Below are positions 10,528-21,800 of a DNA stretch of 64,000 nt, piece after piece. A model generated the notes under the pieces. It saw only the letters and a list, made by a program, of their open reading frames with translations, was not told the origin of the DNA and did no database searches. The DNA is taken from contig OZ251222.1 of NCBI GenBank assembly GCA_965240325.2, positions 2,046,001-2,110,000 on the forward strand, read 5' to 3'. Position 1 is the stretch's first letter; the number at the start of each line of letters is the position of its first letter. Position numbers and translations under genes: made by a program. Source of the DNA: Rebecca billardiae RCC1528. Its lineage: Eukaryota > Protista > Haptophyta.

Positions 10528-12232
10528 TCACTGCTGTTGCGACTGCATTGGCCGGGAGGAGATGCCACGCGACACCGTGATGGACATGCGCATGCCCTGC
10601 GCGCGACATCTCGAGATGAGGTCCGAGAGGCCCGACTCCTCGCCGCCGGGCGCCCCCTCGGCGCCGCCCGCGGAGAAGGCAGACGTGTCCGGGGTCTTCT
10701 CGACCGACAGGTTGCTGCCGTTCGGGCGCACGGGCCGGACGGTCGAGGGCTCGCCCGCCAAGGCCGCCATGTTGTTGCACGACATGCTGCCGCGCCCGCG
10801 AGACATGCCAGCTCCCATCATGCCACTGCCCATCATTCCGCGCTTGGCGCCGCCCATCCCGCGCGGGGACGGGACCGCGCCGCGCGGCGACTGGAGCTCC
10901 GCGTTCGACACCGCATCCTCGCTGATGCCCTGGCTCGAGCCGACCGCGCTGAGGTCCTTGGAGCTCGGCTTGCGGTACGAGCGCAGCGGCAGGCTGCGCA
11001 CGAGGGGCGGCATGGGCAGCGCGGGGAGGGAGGTGGTGAGCGCTTGGACCGGGGCGCTCGGCCGCGCGGGCGCGTGCGCGCCGCGTGCGCGCGGCCGCCG
11101 ACGCGCGCGCGCCCTCTCACGCACCGATTGCTGCTCTGCGACATCTGGCCCATACTCGCGACGGGGTGGAGCGGCGGCGGCGCGACGGGCGGCGGCAGGC
11201 GCGACGGGTCGACGCTCGCGAGCCACGCCGAGTCAATCACGTCGTCGAGCGTCGCGCGCTCGGAGGTGTTGGGCGTGAGCATCGCCTGAATCAGGAGCTT
11301 GGCCTCGACAGAGATGTTCCACCATGCCGCGTTCGAGAAGTCGAGGTACTGCGAGGAGGAGTGGCGGCCGCGCGAGTCGTCGAAGGGGAGGTAGCCGCCG
11401 AGCATCGCGTACAGCACGACGCCGAGCGCCCACACGTCCGCCTTGGGCGTCCACGCGCCGGGCGCACCGCCGCCGATCTCGGGCGCAGTGTAGCCGTTCG
11501 TGCCGCGGAAGTTGTTTGTGGGCGGGCTCTCGACGAGCATGCTGTTGCCAAGGTCGCACACCTTGATCACGGCCGGGCTCACCGTCTGGTCATACAGCAC
11601 GTTCTCCAGCTTGATGTCGCGGTGCAGCACGCCGTTGGCGTGCAGGTGGTCGATCGCGCTCACGAGCTGAGTGAAGGCGGCGCGCGCGACCTCCTCGGGA
11701 AGGCAGCGCTGCCGAGTGAGCACGGTGTGCAGGTCGCCCCCGTTGACGAGCTCCATGACCATGTAGAGCCGGGTGGACTCCTTGTACAGCGCGGCCAGCT
11801 GCACCACGTTGGGGTGGCCCTGCACCCGGCGCAGCAGCTTGGCCTCGCGCTCGTACATGTCACTCACGTGCTTCCACGGCCACTTGCAGTCCTCTGCGCG
11901 GGACACCTTGGCGGCGAACATGCGCCCGGCCGAGCGATCGACGCATTTGAAGACAGACGCCGAGCTGCCGCTGGCGAGCGCGCCTTTGAGATCGAACTGC
12001 GCTCGACAGCGCGAGCCCATGTGCACGCGAGGGGGCGCGACGCGTCAGAGCGCATGCGCGCGATCCACCGCAGGGCGCCGCGCCCGCAGCACGGGCCTCG
12101 AGGTGGGCGAGCGTGCGCAGCGGATTTTGCGCTGCGTATCCACTCTCGCGCACCGCCACACACACCCGCGCCCGCGCGCACCGACTGCTCGAACGTGCCC
12201 GAGGCTGCGACCGAGGTCGGGGACGACGACAT
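10528..12232 (-). CDS. CAMK-group Ser/Thr protein kinase, 3 exons (introns 12181-11997 and 11124-10994)
   Basis: FAAKV, HRDIKLEN, DLG, GTNGYTAPE, DVWALGV motifs. Phase-consistent GT-AG introns give ...TFEQS|FDLKG... and ...SSNR|LPLRSY... Confidence 0.88.
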
Positions 12233-12525
12233 TGCCGGCTGCCAGGGGCTCCCGATAGATGCGCGGCACAGTCTGTGAAAGATGCGCGTCGCTCAGCCTG
12301 GACGGCCCGCCGCCCGGGCACCCAACATGATGAACCACTCACCTCTACTGGGTAAACAAATTGTGATGCCCAATGAGGTCTCGGCAAAGCTGCTCAAACC
12401 TTGACTGCATTGGATCCTGTGCCGAAACAGAGCGCCAGGCGATTGTCGTGGACGCGGGAATCTCGGGAATCGCTCACAGGAAAGGAAGGTTCGGGCGAGC
12501 TCTCCTTTTTTTCCGTGACCGCAGC

Positions 12526-13070
12526 ATGGCGTCCGTCACACTCCCTGGCGCTTTCCAGCTTGGAGGCTTTCTTCGGAGGACTCCAACAGAGCGCAGTTGG
12601 GTTGGGGGGCTGGAGGTCATCACCTTCGGGCCTCAGCCGACGGCAGTGCGATGGACTACTGCGTCGCGCTGGCCCCATCGGAGCAGCGGCGCTGGCCCAC
12701 AGCACGCTTCCGGCTTCGACGATGCGGATGCACCGGCTGGAAGTGGCGATGAAGCTTGGGTCCGCCCACGCTGTGCGCCGGGGGTCCCGCGCGCCACCCG
12801 GGGCACGGAAGGTATCGGGCGCGTTGTCTCTCCCTCCAACCGCCAACCGATGACTCCTCCCCCGGGCCCACCTCTGCGACCTTGCCGGTTGCGTGCACCC
12901 ACGCGCGGGGCCGCCTGTCTGCTGAATGTGGCGGGCTGCATCATGTAGGCAGGATCGGCCGTGATCTGGGAGAGCAGCTGATCATGCGCAGCGGACAATG
13001 CCGAAGAGTATGGACAGCTAGTGCAGGGTCGCCCGCACGGCGTGTGTGCACGGCTCGCCCACGAGCATGA
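12526..13070 (+). CDS. Possible small spliced hypothetical gene
   Basis: ATG at 12526 (MASVTLPGAFQLGG...) divergent from the kinase, preceded by GGGAATC motifs; probable intron from about 12760. No recognisable domain. Confidence 0.3.
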
Positions 13071-13193
13071 GCTTGTAGTGCTCTCCAGCGCGCACGTTTA
13101 GGGCGGTGCGCCGGCGCCATCGTGGAGGAATCAGGAATCCTGGAATTTCGATTTCCCATTTTTCGTGATGTTTCGCCACGCCGCGTTGCGACG

Positions 13194-14981
13194 ATGGCGT
13201 CGTCGCACCAAGGCAATCTGGACGGCGTCATCGGTCACTCGTCAGCAATCGCGCGCGTGATGGAGACCGTGCTCACGCGCATACGAGTAGATGGGTGTGG
13301 CGAGGCTCTCCTACTGCACGGCGCCACCGGCACGGGCAAGTCCACGGTTGCGCTCGCGATCGCCCACGCTCTTCCAGTGAGCACACATCACGTTGCAGGC
13401 CGCGTGCCAGGGGCGGTCGAGGATGCCATGGCGGCGATGGGCCGAGCGGCGCGCGCATCGACCTCTGCGAGCATTCGTACGCCTCCGACCCTTCTCGTCC
13501 TCGATGACGTTGACGTCCTAGCGCCGGCCGACGCCCCGGCGCACGAGCCCGAGGCGCGCGCAGTCGCCAAGCTCGCTGTGCTGCTGGACGCAGCGCTGGG
13601 CCGGAGGGTGAGCGAGGGCGCGATCTTTGTGCTGGCGTGCTGCACACACCCTGCTCGCGTGTCCCCGCTGCTCTGCCGCGCCGGCCGCCTCCACGCCAAG
13701 ATCGAGCTGGGGCTGCCCACGCCGGCGGAGCGCGAGCAATTCGCGCGCGCGTGGTCTGTGCGAGCGTGCGCTGCCGGCCTGCTCGACGAGGCCGCCGTCC
13801 TGGCCGCCGCGGCGTGCGCGCACGGCCTGACGATCGCGCAGCTGGAGGGCGCGCTCGGCGGCGTCGTGCGCGCGCGCGTAGCTGCCGAGTCGCCGCACGC
13901 AGAAGCGGGCGCGCCGCTTGGCAGCAGCGCTGCGTCGGCACGGCCGATCGCGCCGCGCGAGCTGCTGCGCGCGGTGCGCCGCACGCGGCGCGAGCAGCTG
14001 CTGCACGCGCACGAAGCGGATGGTGCAGCGGCGTCCGCGGCGGCAGGTGGCGCCGAGCCCAGCTACGAGGGGCCCGCAAGCTCCGACGACGAGCGCGACG
14101 GCACGCCGCCTCCGCGCCAGCAGCCTCCGGCCGCGGCCGCCGCGCCGCTCGACCGGCTGCCTGGGTTGCACGGCGCGGCGGCGCGGCTGCGGCTGCACGT
14201 CGTCCGGCCGATCCTGGAGCCCGAGCTGCTCCGGGCATGGGGCGCCCCGCCGCTGCGCGGCGTGCTGATCTACGGGCCCGCCGGCTGCGGCAAGAGTGCC
14301 CTTGCGCACGCCGCCGCTGCCGAGAGCACCGCCAACGTGCTCTCTGTGCAGGCAGCCAACGTGCTGGGCGCGGTGGTGGGCAGCTCTGAGGCAGCGGTGC
14401 GCGCGCTCTTTGCGCGCGCGCGCGCTGCGGCGCCGTGCATCCTCATCCTCGACCACATCGAGGCGCTCGCGCCCGTGCGCGGCCACGACACGTCGAGCGC
14501 GCGCTCGCTCGACCGCACACTCTCCGTGCTGCTCAGCGAGATGGACGGCGTGGGCACATCCAGCGGCGACCTCGGCGCCACGGGCGCACTCGGGCGGCAG
14601 GTGGTCGTGATCGCCATCGCCGAGCATCGCGACGCGCTCGATCCGGCCATCCTGCGCCCGGGGCGGCTGGACGAGCACATTGAGCTCGGGCTGCCGGACT
14701 CGAGCGCGCGGGAGGCCATCTTGCGCTGGCACGCACGGGCCATGCCGCTCGCCGCGGACGTCGACATGCGCGAGCTCGCGCAGCGCACGCACGGCTTCTC
14801 CGGCGCCGAGCTGCAGAACGTGGTCCGGGAGGCGGGCGTGTGCTGCCTGCGCCGTGCGATCGACGAGGGCCGCGACGGCGGGGTCGACGCCGGTCCGGTG
14901 GGGCGGAGCCACTTTGTGCACGCCCTTGCGCGTTGCCACGCGCTCGCCGCACATTGTCCGCAGCGCAGCGGCCCCTACTAG
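13194..14981 (+). CDS. CDC48/AFG2-family tandem AAA+ ATPase (divergent)
   Basis: Two Walker A motifs (GATGTGKS, GPAGCGKS), SRH LDPAILRPGRLD, THGFSGAEL; Walker B motifs LVLDDVD and LILDHIE. Confidence 0.9.
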   Translation: MASSHQGNLDGVIGHSSAIARVMETVLTRIRVDGCGEALLLHGATGTGKSTVALAIAHALPVSTHHVAGRVPGAVEDAMAAMGRAARASTSASIRTPPTLLVLDDVDVLAPADAPAHEPEARAVAKLAVLLDAALGRRVSEGAIFVLACCTHPARVSPLLCRAGRLHAKIELGLPTPAEREQFARAWSVRACAAGLLDEAAVLAAAACAHGLTIAQLEGALGGVVRARVAAESPHAEAGAPLGSSAASARPIAPRELLRAVRRTRREQLLHAHEADGAAASAAAGGAEPSYEGPASSDDERDGTPPPRQQPPAAAAAPLDRLPGLHGAAARLRLHVVRPILEPELLRAWGAPPLRGVLIYGPAGCGKSALAHAAAAESTANVLSVQAANVLGAVVGSSEAAVRALFARARAAAPCILILDHIEALAPVRGHDTSSARSLDRTLSVLLSEMDGVGTSSGDLGATGALGRQVVVIAIAEHRDALDPAILRPGRLDEHIELGLPDSSAREAILRWHARAMPLAADVDMRELAQRTHGFSGAELQNVVREAGVCCLRRAIDEGRDGGVDAGPVGRSHFVHALARCHALAAHCPQRSGPY

Positions 14982-15358
14982 CACCAGCAGCTCGAGCACT
15001 CTGCACTGCGGACTGCCGCGCACTAGCTGCTGACAGTGCTGAGCCGCCGCTTTGGGCCGCTGCGCAGTTCATATTCGTCAACGTGATCGCCGTCTTGATG
15101 TCGGCCATAACGGTCCGCTGCTAGCATCATGTGGTATTTCCCAGATGACGAAGCTCTATATATAGCCATTGGCCGATATGACTAGTGTCATCACAATCGA
15201 GGTCCGACGGTCCGACGGCGACGCGGTCCGACTGCTGGCAGCACGTAGACACGTAGTCCGCCAGCCAGTGCGACCGCTCGGCTGGCCTCCAGCCATCAGC
15301 TGGACGAGCACATCAGGCGGTAGTCGTCACCACGCACGAGAGGCACCTGGCGCCGCGT

Positions 15359-15970
15359 CTAGCCCTTCAGGGCGCTGAGCACTGATGGCGCGTACGTCAC
15401 CTCGGAGACCTTACTTCCGTCCGCCTGCGTGGCGGGGAGAAAGCTCGTCACGACCCCGTCCTTGACGACCATCGCGTACCGCTCGCTGCGCACCATCACG
15501 TCCGACTCGGACGCGACGCCGAGGGCGCGGCAGAGCTCGGCGTTCTTATCGGAGAGCATCTTGATCGTGCCGTCCTTCACCCCCGAGGCCCGGCCCCAGG
15601 CCTCCATCACGTACGGATCGTTGGTTGCCGTGCAAACCACGTGGTCGACACCGCTCGCGACGAGCTCGTCGTACTTCTCGACGAAGGACGGGAGGTGCGA
15701 CTTTGAGCAACCCGGCGTGAAGGCCCCCGGAACGGCAAAGATCACGGCCGTCTTGCCCGACGTGAGCTCGCCAAGCTTGACCTCCTCAGCCTTGGCGTAC
15801 TCGGGCTGCCCTTCGAACAGCGTGACGTCCGGGAGCTTGTCGCCCGCCTTCACCACGGCGCGCACAGCCGCGCGGCTGGCCAGCGGCCGCCGGATCGACG
15901 ACACGAGAGCGCTCCCCGACCGCGACATCGCAGCGGACGACACCATCGCAAGCGACGTGAACGCAAACAT
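15359..15970 (-). CDS. PRDX5: Type II peroxiredoxin (PRX5-like), probably plastid-targeted
   Basis: FAVPGAFTPGCSKSHLP, NDPYVMEAW, RSERYAMVV motifs; signal peptide plus Ser/Arg-rich transit peptide. Confidence 0.93.
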   Translation of the reverse strand: MFAFTSLAMVSSAAMSRSGSALVSSIRRPLASRAAVRAVVKAGDKLPDVTLFEGQPEYAKAEEVKLGELTSGKTAVIFAVPGAFTPGCSKSHLPSFVEKYDELVASGVDHVVCTATNDPYVMEAWGRASGVKDGTIKMLSDKNAELCRALGVASESDVMVRSERYAMVVKDGVVTSFLPATQADGSKVSEVTYAPSVLSALKG

Positions 15971-16160
15971 GTGAATTACGCGGACGCGATGTGCAGCCAC
16001 AAGCTGAACGATCCGTGAGCGTGATGAGTCGTTGAGAGTGCTTGCGTGAAGACTCCGGAAACCAGTGGCATGGCCGCCATTTCGCGCGACGCCCGCCTTG
16101 CGAGTGAATCTCGAGGCCGTCTGACCAAGCGGTCGGGAGCGCGCCGCTGCGCCGACGTTA

Positions 16161-17837
16161 ATGACTGGCGCGCGCCTCGTGCTCATGCTGCTCGCCTGCG
16201 GAGGGCGCGCTGCGCTGCGCACGGTGCGTGTCGTTGGCGGCCGTGAGCTCGCCGCCATCGCCGTTCCCACGTCCGCCGGCGTCGAGGCGGGCTCAGCGCT
16301 CTGGCTGCGACGACGGCGGCCGCCGCGCGCGCGGCCGCTGATGTCGCGCCGGCTCTACTCCGTGCGTGGGGGCGGCTCGGATGAGGGCGAGGAGCACGCG
16401 CTCGTCCGGCAGCTGTACGACGCGTACCCCGCGCCGCAAGTGGTCGTCTACTCCACCGGTGCCGGCGGCCACCTCGCGCACTGGATGCTGACCGAGACGG
16501 GCGCATCGGCCGTGCTGCTCGAGCTGAGCGTTCCGTACGGCCACCAGGCGGTGGACGAGCTGATCGGCGGCGAGCCTCCGGGCGGGTATTGCTCCGGCGA
16601 GACCGCGCGCGCGCTCGCCCGCGCGGCCCACCGCCGCGCCGTCGCGCTGCAGCTCAGCGGCGCGGGCGCGCTCAGCGGGCTCGCCGCGTCAGCGCTGCCT
16701 CACGTCGGCGTGGGGTGCACCGCCGCCATCATCACGGGCCGGCCGAGGCGGGGGGAGCATCGCGCGTACATCGCGAGCTGCACGGAGGACACGGAGACGC
16801 TGTTCGAGATCACGCTGGCCAAGGACCAGCGCTCGCGCGCCGAGGAGGACCGCGTGGTCAGCGCGGCGACGCTGCGCGTGCTCGCCGATGCCGCGCTCGC
16901 GTGTGTGAGCGCCCAGCCTGGCAGGCGCGCGCGCCCGGACGGGGTCAGCGCACGGCTCGCGGCGCAGGTGCTCGGGCTGAGCGGCGACCGCGTGGCGGAG
17001 CCCGTCGTCACGCGCCGCCCGCCCCCGCTCGACCGCATGCAGCGCGGCGACGCCAACCTCGTCCTGTACGTCCCTCACTCGCCGTCGCCGCCCGGCCGGC
17101 CGCGCGAGCGCCCGCGCCGCGGGCTGCACTGGCCGACCGCCAAGCGCGCCGAGTCGCTCGATGGCGACGCGTCGCACGTGGCGTGGTGCGACGCGCCGAT
17201 CCGCGACGCGATCGTGTTCCCCGGCTCGTTCAACCCGCTCCACCACGGCCACGAGCGCATGGCCGCCGCCGCCGTCGAGCTCGTCGGGCCGGGCAGCAGC
17301 GGGCGTGACCCGCGTGGAGGCAGCCTCGGAGTGCGTGAGCGCGGCGTTGTCTTCGAGATCACCACGCGCAACGCGGACAAGGGCGCGCTCGACGCGCGCG
17401 AGATCGAGCGGCGCGCGCTTCAGTTCGTCGGGCGCGACGGCATCGGCGCGCCCGTCGTGCTCACCCGCGCCAAGCTCTTCGTCGACAAGGCACGTCTCTT
17501 CTCAAACTGCACGTTTGTCGTCGGTGCGGACACGGTCGCGCGGCTCATCGACCTGTCCTACTATGGCGGCTCGGCGGCGGAGATGGCCGCGTCGCTCGCG
17601 TCGATCCGCGAGCGCGGGTGCGACTTCCTCGTGGCCGGCCGGCTGGTCGACGGCGCGTACACCACGCTCGACGGCCTGATCGAGCGCGTGCCGCCCTCGC
17701 TCCGACCGATGTTCACGACGCTGCACGAGGACGGCTCAGCGTTCAGAGTCGACGTGTCCTCGACCGAGCTCCGCGCGGCGGCGGCCGCGGCACACAGGGA
17801 CGAGGGCGCGGAGGGCGCGGAGAAGGGCGGGGCCTGA
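16161..17837 (+). CDS. CinA-like domain fused to an NMN adenylyltransferase-like (HIGH) nucleotidyltransferase
   Basis: TGAG...GASAVLLE..VPY N-terminal domain; FPGSFNPLHHGH, FVVGADT and VSSTELR motifs; N-terminal targeting-like segment. Confidence 0.85.
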   Translation: MTGARLVLMLLACGGRAALRTVRVVGGRELAAIAVPTSAGVEAGSALWLRRRRPPRARPLMSRRLYSVRGGGSDEGEEHALVRQLYDAYPAPQVVVYSTGAGGHLAHWMLTETGASAVLLELSVPYGHQAVDELIGGEPPGGYCSGETARALARAAHRRAVALQLSGAGALSGLAASALPHVGVGCTAAIITGRPRRGEHRAYIASCTEDTETLFEITLAKDQRSRAEEDRVVSAATLRVLADAALACVSAQPGRRARPDGVSARLAAQVLGLSGDRVAEPVVTRRPPPLDRMQRGDANLVLYVPHSPSPPGRPRERPRRGLHWPTAKRAESLDGDASHVAWCDAPIRDAIVFPGSFNPLHHGHERMAAAAVELVGPGSSGRDPRGGSLGVRERGVVFEITTRNADKGALDAREIERRALQFVGRDGIGAPVVLTRAKLFVDKARLFSNCTFVVGADTVARLIDLSYYGGSAAEMAASLASIRERGCDFLVAGRLVDGAYTTLDGLIERVPPSLRPMFTTLHEDGSAFRVDVSSTELRAAAAAAHRDEGAEGAEKGGA

Positions 17838-18580
17838 GCGCGCGGGCGCGTGCGGCCGGCGCGGCCGCTGGACGACGGGCGCGCGGGCACCAACGCACAA
17901 GCTCCGGGTGCGCTCGGCCTGCGCGAGCCGCGCACGCGCGCGCGCGGGCACGCGCGCGCGCGGTTCTCTGGCCCGTTGCGCCTGCTGGATGGGCCTGGCT
18001 CCCGGTGAGGGATCTGTTCCGGGTTTGCTGATCGCAGCACGCGCCTGGCGCGTGCGGCATGCTGAGGCCACCGCGGCGTGCTCACGCCTGGCACCGAGCC
18101 CGACAACCGTCGGCTCGGTGCCCCTGAGGGATCCAGTGTGCGCTCTGGCACGAGCAGGCGGGCGGGCGGGCGGGCGGGCAGCGAGACACGACGGCACGAA
18201 CGCCCGCGCTGTGCTGGCGGCCACCGTCACACCGCGCTGTGACCACCCCCGGCCTGAATGCCGGCGTTTCGGTCCCTGACCAGTGATCCCGGACGCGCCA
18301 CTCCCCTGCTCGTGGCTCCCACCCTGCAGGCAGCTTGGCAGCGTGCGCACGCCGGCCGGCGCGCACGGCCGCGGCGTTTGTCAGTCCCAGTGCTGCGTCA
18401 ACCGTCACTGACTAACTACAGACGTACAGACTACAGTTTACTATGATTTAACGTGCACACTTGGTCAAGGCGTGATCTGAGTAGTATTCAGTGTGCATGC
18501 ACGGTCCGTCCGCGGCGGCGGATATGTCTCCGCCAGAGACCGCGCGCGGGCGCGGACTGCGCGCGCAACGGAGGAGATCT

Positions 18581-18730
<150 letters not shown>

Positions 18731-18895
18731 CAGCGCTATGCATGCTGATGATGATGATGACGTACTATCTATCTACTACTTTCTACCCCCATACTGCTAC
18801 TATATGATCCTGGCTCATCAAGACTCATCACTGAGTGCGCGCAGTTATTCCCCTCTGACCTGGTCACTGGTAGGAGTCACTCGGTGACTCACAGT

Positions 18896-21800
18896 TCACT
18901 GCACGCGCTGGCGCTTGGCCGACGAGAGCTGCGCGGCCATGTCCACGGCCAGTGCCTCCATCAGCTCGAGCGCCTCTGCCGGGTCATTGCGCTTGAACGC
19001 CGACCACTGCTCCTGCTTCACGATCAGGTCGATCTGCTCCTTCGCCAGCTTGCGCACGCCCTCCACCACACGCGCGCACCCGCCCGCCGCCTTGGCGTGC
19101 CGCAGCAGGTCGAGGCAGTTGTCCACGTCCAGCCCGGCGAGCAGCACGTCCTCGCACCGCTTCACGACGCCGAGCAGCACGTCGCCCTCCGCACGAGCGC
19201 GCGTGCCCACCGAGCCTGCACCGGGCGGCGGCTGCAGCTTGCTCGCCAGCCGCAGCAGCTCGAGCACCACCGACGGCTCGGCCGGCAGCTGCGCCACGCC
19301 CGCCGAGTGCAGCTGGCGCAGCAGCGCCTCGTGCGCCGCCGAGCTGAAGTCCGGGTCGGCGTCCACCTCGCGCTGGCTGCCCTCAGACAGACCGCCGCAC
19401 AGCTGGCGCGCGTAGTACTGCGAGTGCTGCGCCAGCAGCAGCCGGCTCGCGCCCAGCTCGGTGCCGTCCGCGCACCGCAGCACCACGTCGTGCTGCCGCA
19501 AGGGCGCGCCCACCGCGTCGCCCAGCGAGCACAGCCGCGCGTGCGCGCCGCGCAGCTCCGCATCGCTGTCGGACAGTCGCGCGTGCGTCTCGCCCGCCGA
19601 CGCAAGCGCACGCTCACGCACCTCCTCGCTGCCGCACAGCAGAATCTTGAGGGCCCACAGCGCAGCCGCGCGAGCGCGAGCGCCGCCGTCGGCATCGCCC
19701 TCCACAGCAGCGCAGCTGTGCACCAGGCCTTGCAGCGCGCTGACCAGCCCAGGCGTGCCGGCAATGGCAGCGCGCTGCGCGGTGCAGTGGGTGACGATGG
19801 TGTGCACGGTGGCCGCCGCATGCGCTGCGATGTGGCGTGATGCGGCCGAGCCGTCACGCACGCGCAGCAGCGGCACGAGGGCGTCGCACCCGCCGTCAGC
19901 AATGAGCGAGGCGCGGCACCGCTTACTCGCTTCCGTGCAGAGGCGGATGACGGCGGCTGCGTTGCCGACCACGTCGACGTTGGCCGAGCGCAGCTGCGAC
20001 GCGAGCGCAGGCATGGCGCCCGCCTCCGCAATCCGTGCGCACAGTATGGGGCCGGAGGCGAGCCAGCTGAGCGCAACTGCCACCTGGAACTGCACGCGCT
20101 CATTGGCCGATCGCAGCAGCGGCACGAGCGCTGGGATGGCGCCAGCCTCGGCGATCGGCGGACGCAGCGTGTCCGTATGGCAGAGCCAGCTGAGCGCAAG
20201 TGCCGCCTCGTGCTGCACGTTCTCGTTGGCCGACCGCAGCAGCGGCACGAGCGCAGGGATGGCACCAGCCTCGGCGATCGGATCGCGCAGCGTGTCCGTA
20301 TGGCAGAGCCAGCTGAGCACAGCTGCCGCCTGGCACTGCAAGTTCTCATTGGCCGACCGCAGCAGCGGCACGAGCGCTGGGATGGCGCCAGCCTCGGCGA
20401 TCGGCGCGCGCAGCGTGTCCGTATGGCAGAGCCAGCTGAGCACAGCTGCCGCCTGGCACTGCAAGTTCTCATTGGCCGACCGCAGCAGCGGCACGAGCGC
20501 AGGGATGGCACCAGCCTCGGCGATCGGATCGCGCAGCGTGTCCGTATGGCAGAGCCAGCTGAGCACAGCTGCCGCCTGGCACTGCAACTTCTCATTGGCC
20601 GACCGCAGCAGCGGCACGAGCGCAGGGATGGCGCCAGCCTCGGCGATCGGCGCGCGCAGCGTGTCCGTATGGCCGAGCGAGGTGAGCATAGCTGCCGCCT
20701 GGAACTGCATGCCCTCATTGACCGACCGCAGCAGCGGCACGAGCGCAGGGATGGCGCCAGCCTCGGCGATCGGCGCGTGCAGCGTGTCCGTACGGCTGAG
20801 CAAGGTGAGCGCAGCTGCCGCCTGGAACTGCACGCGCTCATTGGCCGAGCGCAGCAGCGGCACGAGCGCAGGGATGGCGCCAGCCTCGGCGATCGGATCG
20901 CGCAGCGTGTCCGTATGGCCGAGCAAGGTGAGCGTAACTGCCGCCTCGAACTGCAAGTTCTCATTGGCCGACCGCAGCAGCGGCACGAGCGCAGGGATGG
21001 CACCAGCCTCGGCGATCGGATCGCGCAGCGTGTCCGTATGGCCGAGCAAGGTGAGCGCAGCTGCCGCCTGGAACTGCACGCGCTCATTGGCCGACCGCAG
21101 CAGCGGCACGAGCGCAGGGATGGCGCCAGCCTCGGCGATCGGATCGCGCAGCGTGTCCGTATGGCCGAGCAAGGTGAGCGCAAGTGCCGCCTCGAACTGC
21201 AAGTTCTCATTGGCCGACCGCAGCAGCGGCACGAGCGCAGGGATGGCACCAGCCTCGGCGATCGGATCGCGCAGCGTGTCCGTATGGCCGAGCAAGGTGA
21301 GCGCAGCTGCCGCCTGGCACTGCACGCGCTCATTGGCCGACCGCAGCAGCGGCACGAGCGCAGGGATGGCGCCAGCCTCGGCGATCGGCGCGCGCAGCGT
21401 GTCCGTATGGCCGAGCGAGGTGAGCATAGCTGCCGCCTGGAACTGCATGCCCTCATTGACCGACCGCAGCAGCGGCACGAGCGCAGGGATGGCGCCAGCC
21501 TCGGCGATCGGCGCGTGCAGCGTGTCCGTACGGCTGAGCAAGGTGAGCGCAGCTGCCGCCTGGAACTGCACGCGCTCATTGGCCGAGCGCAGCAGCGGCA
21601 CGAGCGCAGGGATGGCGCCAGCCTCGGCGATCGGATCGCGCAGCGTGTCCGTATGGCCGAGCAAGGTGAGCGTAACTGCCGCCTCGAACTGCAAGTTCTC
21701 ATTGGCCGACCGCAGCAGCGGCACGAGCGCAGGGATGGCACCAGCCTCGGCGATCGGATCGCGCAGCGTGTCCGTATGGCCGAGCAAGGTGAGCGCAGCT

